The notes under the pieces are model-generated. The model saw only the letters and a list, made by a program, of their open reading frames with translations, searched no databases and was not told the DNA's origin. From positions 1 through 57,398 of IMG/VR virus record IMGVR_UViG_3300048611_000204: DNA of 57,398 bases; one strand, written 5' to 3'. Position 1 is the stretch's first letter. Every line of letters begins with the position of its first letter. The position numbers and the translations under genes are program-made. This stretch comes from a virus (taxonomy: Duplodnaviria; Caudoviricetes). Of this stretch, positions 56,208 to 57,398 are shown piece after piece.

Positions 56208-56489
56208 TCAACGGCTCCACTTGAACATGCGCATTTCAATCAAAACCTTCTCTTCATCGAAGACCACGTCCGCTGGAATGATCTTCATGTCAGCCGCCAC
56301 CTGGTTCCGCAGGTCAAGCAGAAATCCTTCGCGGTCCAAAGTGTCGATGTCAAAGTGGACCTTGAAGCTGATCCCGGTAACAGGGTGGCTGTCCGCCCCT
56401 CGCCCCTTCAATTCAAAGACGCCGATCGCCGCCGGCAATTTTTCTTTCGGCACCTTGAAGACGCCGAATTGAACCAATTCCGCTTTCAT
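56208..56489 (-). CDS. hypothetical protein
   Basis: AGGAGG RBS; between terS and terL. Confidence 0.7.
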   Translation of the reverse strand: MKAELVQFGVFKVPKEKLPAAIGVFELKGRGADSHPVTGISFKVHFDIDTLDREGFLLDLRNQVAADMKIIPADVVFDEEKVLIEMRMFKWSR

Positions 56490-57154
56490 CTGTCCTCCTT
56501 CACCACTTCGGCCTCGACCGTCTGCTCCCGGCTGGCCAGCTGTTTCAATAAATCCGGTTTGCCAAGAAGCTCCAACAGCTTCGGCGCCAACATCTCAATC
56601 TTGCTCCTCGCCTCATCCACCGAAATGGTCCGCACCTCCGTCTGGTTTTTGGTCTCGATCTTCTCCGTCCAGTCGTGAATGTTCTGCATGTAACGCAGTT
56701 TGCCGGCGGCCTGTCCTGGCGTCTTGTAGACGTCGTTCTCACACCAATTTTTGATAATCAACTGGGTGTGTTCCATAATCGCCGTGAACTGCGGGTAATC
56801 CCGGTAGCGATAAAACATATCCTTGTACATGTTGAGATGGATCATCAACCCCTTAATACTCGGGATCTCGTCCTGTTCCTCGCACCACTCGAAATATTTA
56901 TTGATCTCGTTCTTCATCCGGGTAGGGGTGTATTTCTTCTTCCGCCCACTCCCCACGCTGGTCCTCACCAACTCCGAAGTGATTCTCGGAATCGGGCTCC
57001 TGACCGTGTTGTTGCGCTTCTGCAGGGCTTTCTTCTTATCCCCGTAATCCTGAATATCCTTCAACCGCCGGTCGTCCACAACCGACAGATCATTTTCAGA
57101 ATTATTCCCGGATTTTTTTTCTGATTTTTTCAAAGCGGGTTTCTTATCAGGCAT
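56486..57154 (-). CDS. terS: terminase small subunit
   Basis: GR..KYTP..M...I..YF..C...PSI.GL..HL; GGAGGTG RBS; upstream of terL. Confidence 0.75.
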   Translation of the reverse strand: MPDKKPALKKSEKKSGNNSENDLSVVDDRRLKDIQDYGDKKKALQKRNNTVRSPIPRITSELVRTSVGSGRKKKYTPTRMKNEINKYFEWCEEQDEIPSIKGLMIHLNMYKDMFYRYRDYPQFTAIMEHTQLIIKNWCENDVYKTPGQAAGKLRYMQNIHDWTEKIETKNQTEVRTISVDEARSKIEMLAPKLLELLGKPDLLKQLASREQTVEAEVVKEDR

Positions 57155-57271
57155 TTGCTCACCTCCAATGTCCCGTTTATACACGCAATTCAGTTCCAAT
57201 GCCAACAATCCGTTTTCCTGCGAAACTTAAAGTAACTCCCAGAGAAATAACATCCGGCCTTTTTAACTTCC

Positions 57272-57366
57272 TGTTGTGCATGATATGGGTGAGAAGTCTA
57301 ATCATTCTGACTTGGTGTTGTGCATGATAGGGGGAGTAAATCCTTTTTAGTCTCCTGTTGTGCATG
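57272..57366. repeat. three TGTTGTGCATG direct repeats
   Basis: At 57272, 57316 and 57356 (44 and 40 nt apart), between terS and the genome end. Confidence 0.9.
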
Positions 57367-57386
57367 TCAGGGGTTTCCATACAGCA

Positions 57387-57398
57387 GCGCAGGGGTAG
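57387..57398 (+). repeat. 12-nt terminal direct repeat, right copy
   Basis: Identical to 1-12. Confidence 0.95.

Larger units (their letters stand above)
1..57398. mobile_element. Complete or near-complete tailed phage genome (podovirus-like morphogenesis module)
   Basis: Terminase-portal-scaffold-capsid-tail-lysis block on - strand; replication and early block on + strand; 12-nt identical ends; no integrase recognised. Confidence 0.93.

Noticed and set aside
1-57398. Integrase, integron integrase, reverse transcriptase or cas operon
   Set aside because: No ORF shows a tyrosine-recombinase, RT (YxDD in context) or Cas1/3/5/7/8 signature that I can recognise; a diverged gene could be missed without HMMs

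Overview
The window looks like a complete ~57.4-kb genome of a tailed dsDNA phage with podovirus-type morphogenesis genes. The first and last 12 nt are identical (GCGCAGGGGTAG). The + strand from ~0.1 to 24.7 kb carries early, accessory and replication genes: peptide deformylase, a PLD-motif protein, DUF932, SSB-like protein, helicase, Cas4-like nuclease, RuvC-like resolvase, many small ORFs and several truncated genes. The - strand from 57.2 to 24.8 kb carries terminase, portal, scaffold, major capsid, tail and internal virion genes (including a 3052-aa protein), lysis genes and an Mtd-like C-type-lectin protein. I recognised no integrase, integron integrase, cas operon or reverse transcriptase. 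Three non-coding signals stand out. (1) At least seven complete integron attC-like sites plus several half-sites bound small genes as cassettes with matching core ends. All are oriented opposite to the genes, the reverse of normal integron cassettes, and no intI is present. (2) Five type I-C CRISPR repeats occur without cas genes: one 2-repeat mini-array and three solitary repeats. All lie in the local direction of transcription and several abut attC fragments or broken genes. (3) A DGR-type variable region has no template repeat or RT. Product names come from motif recognition by eye, not from database searches.
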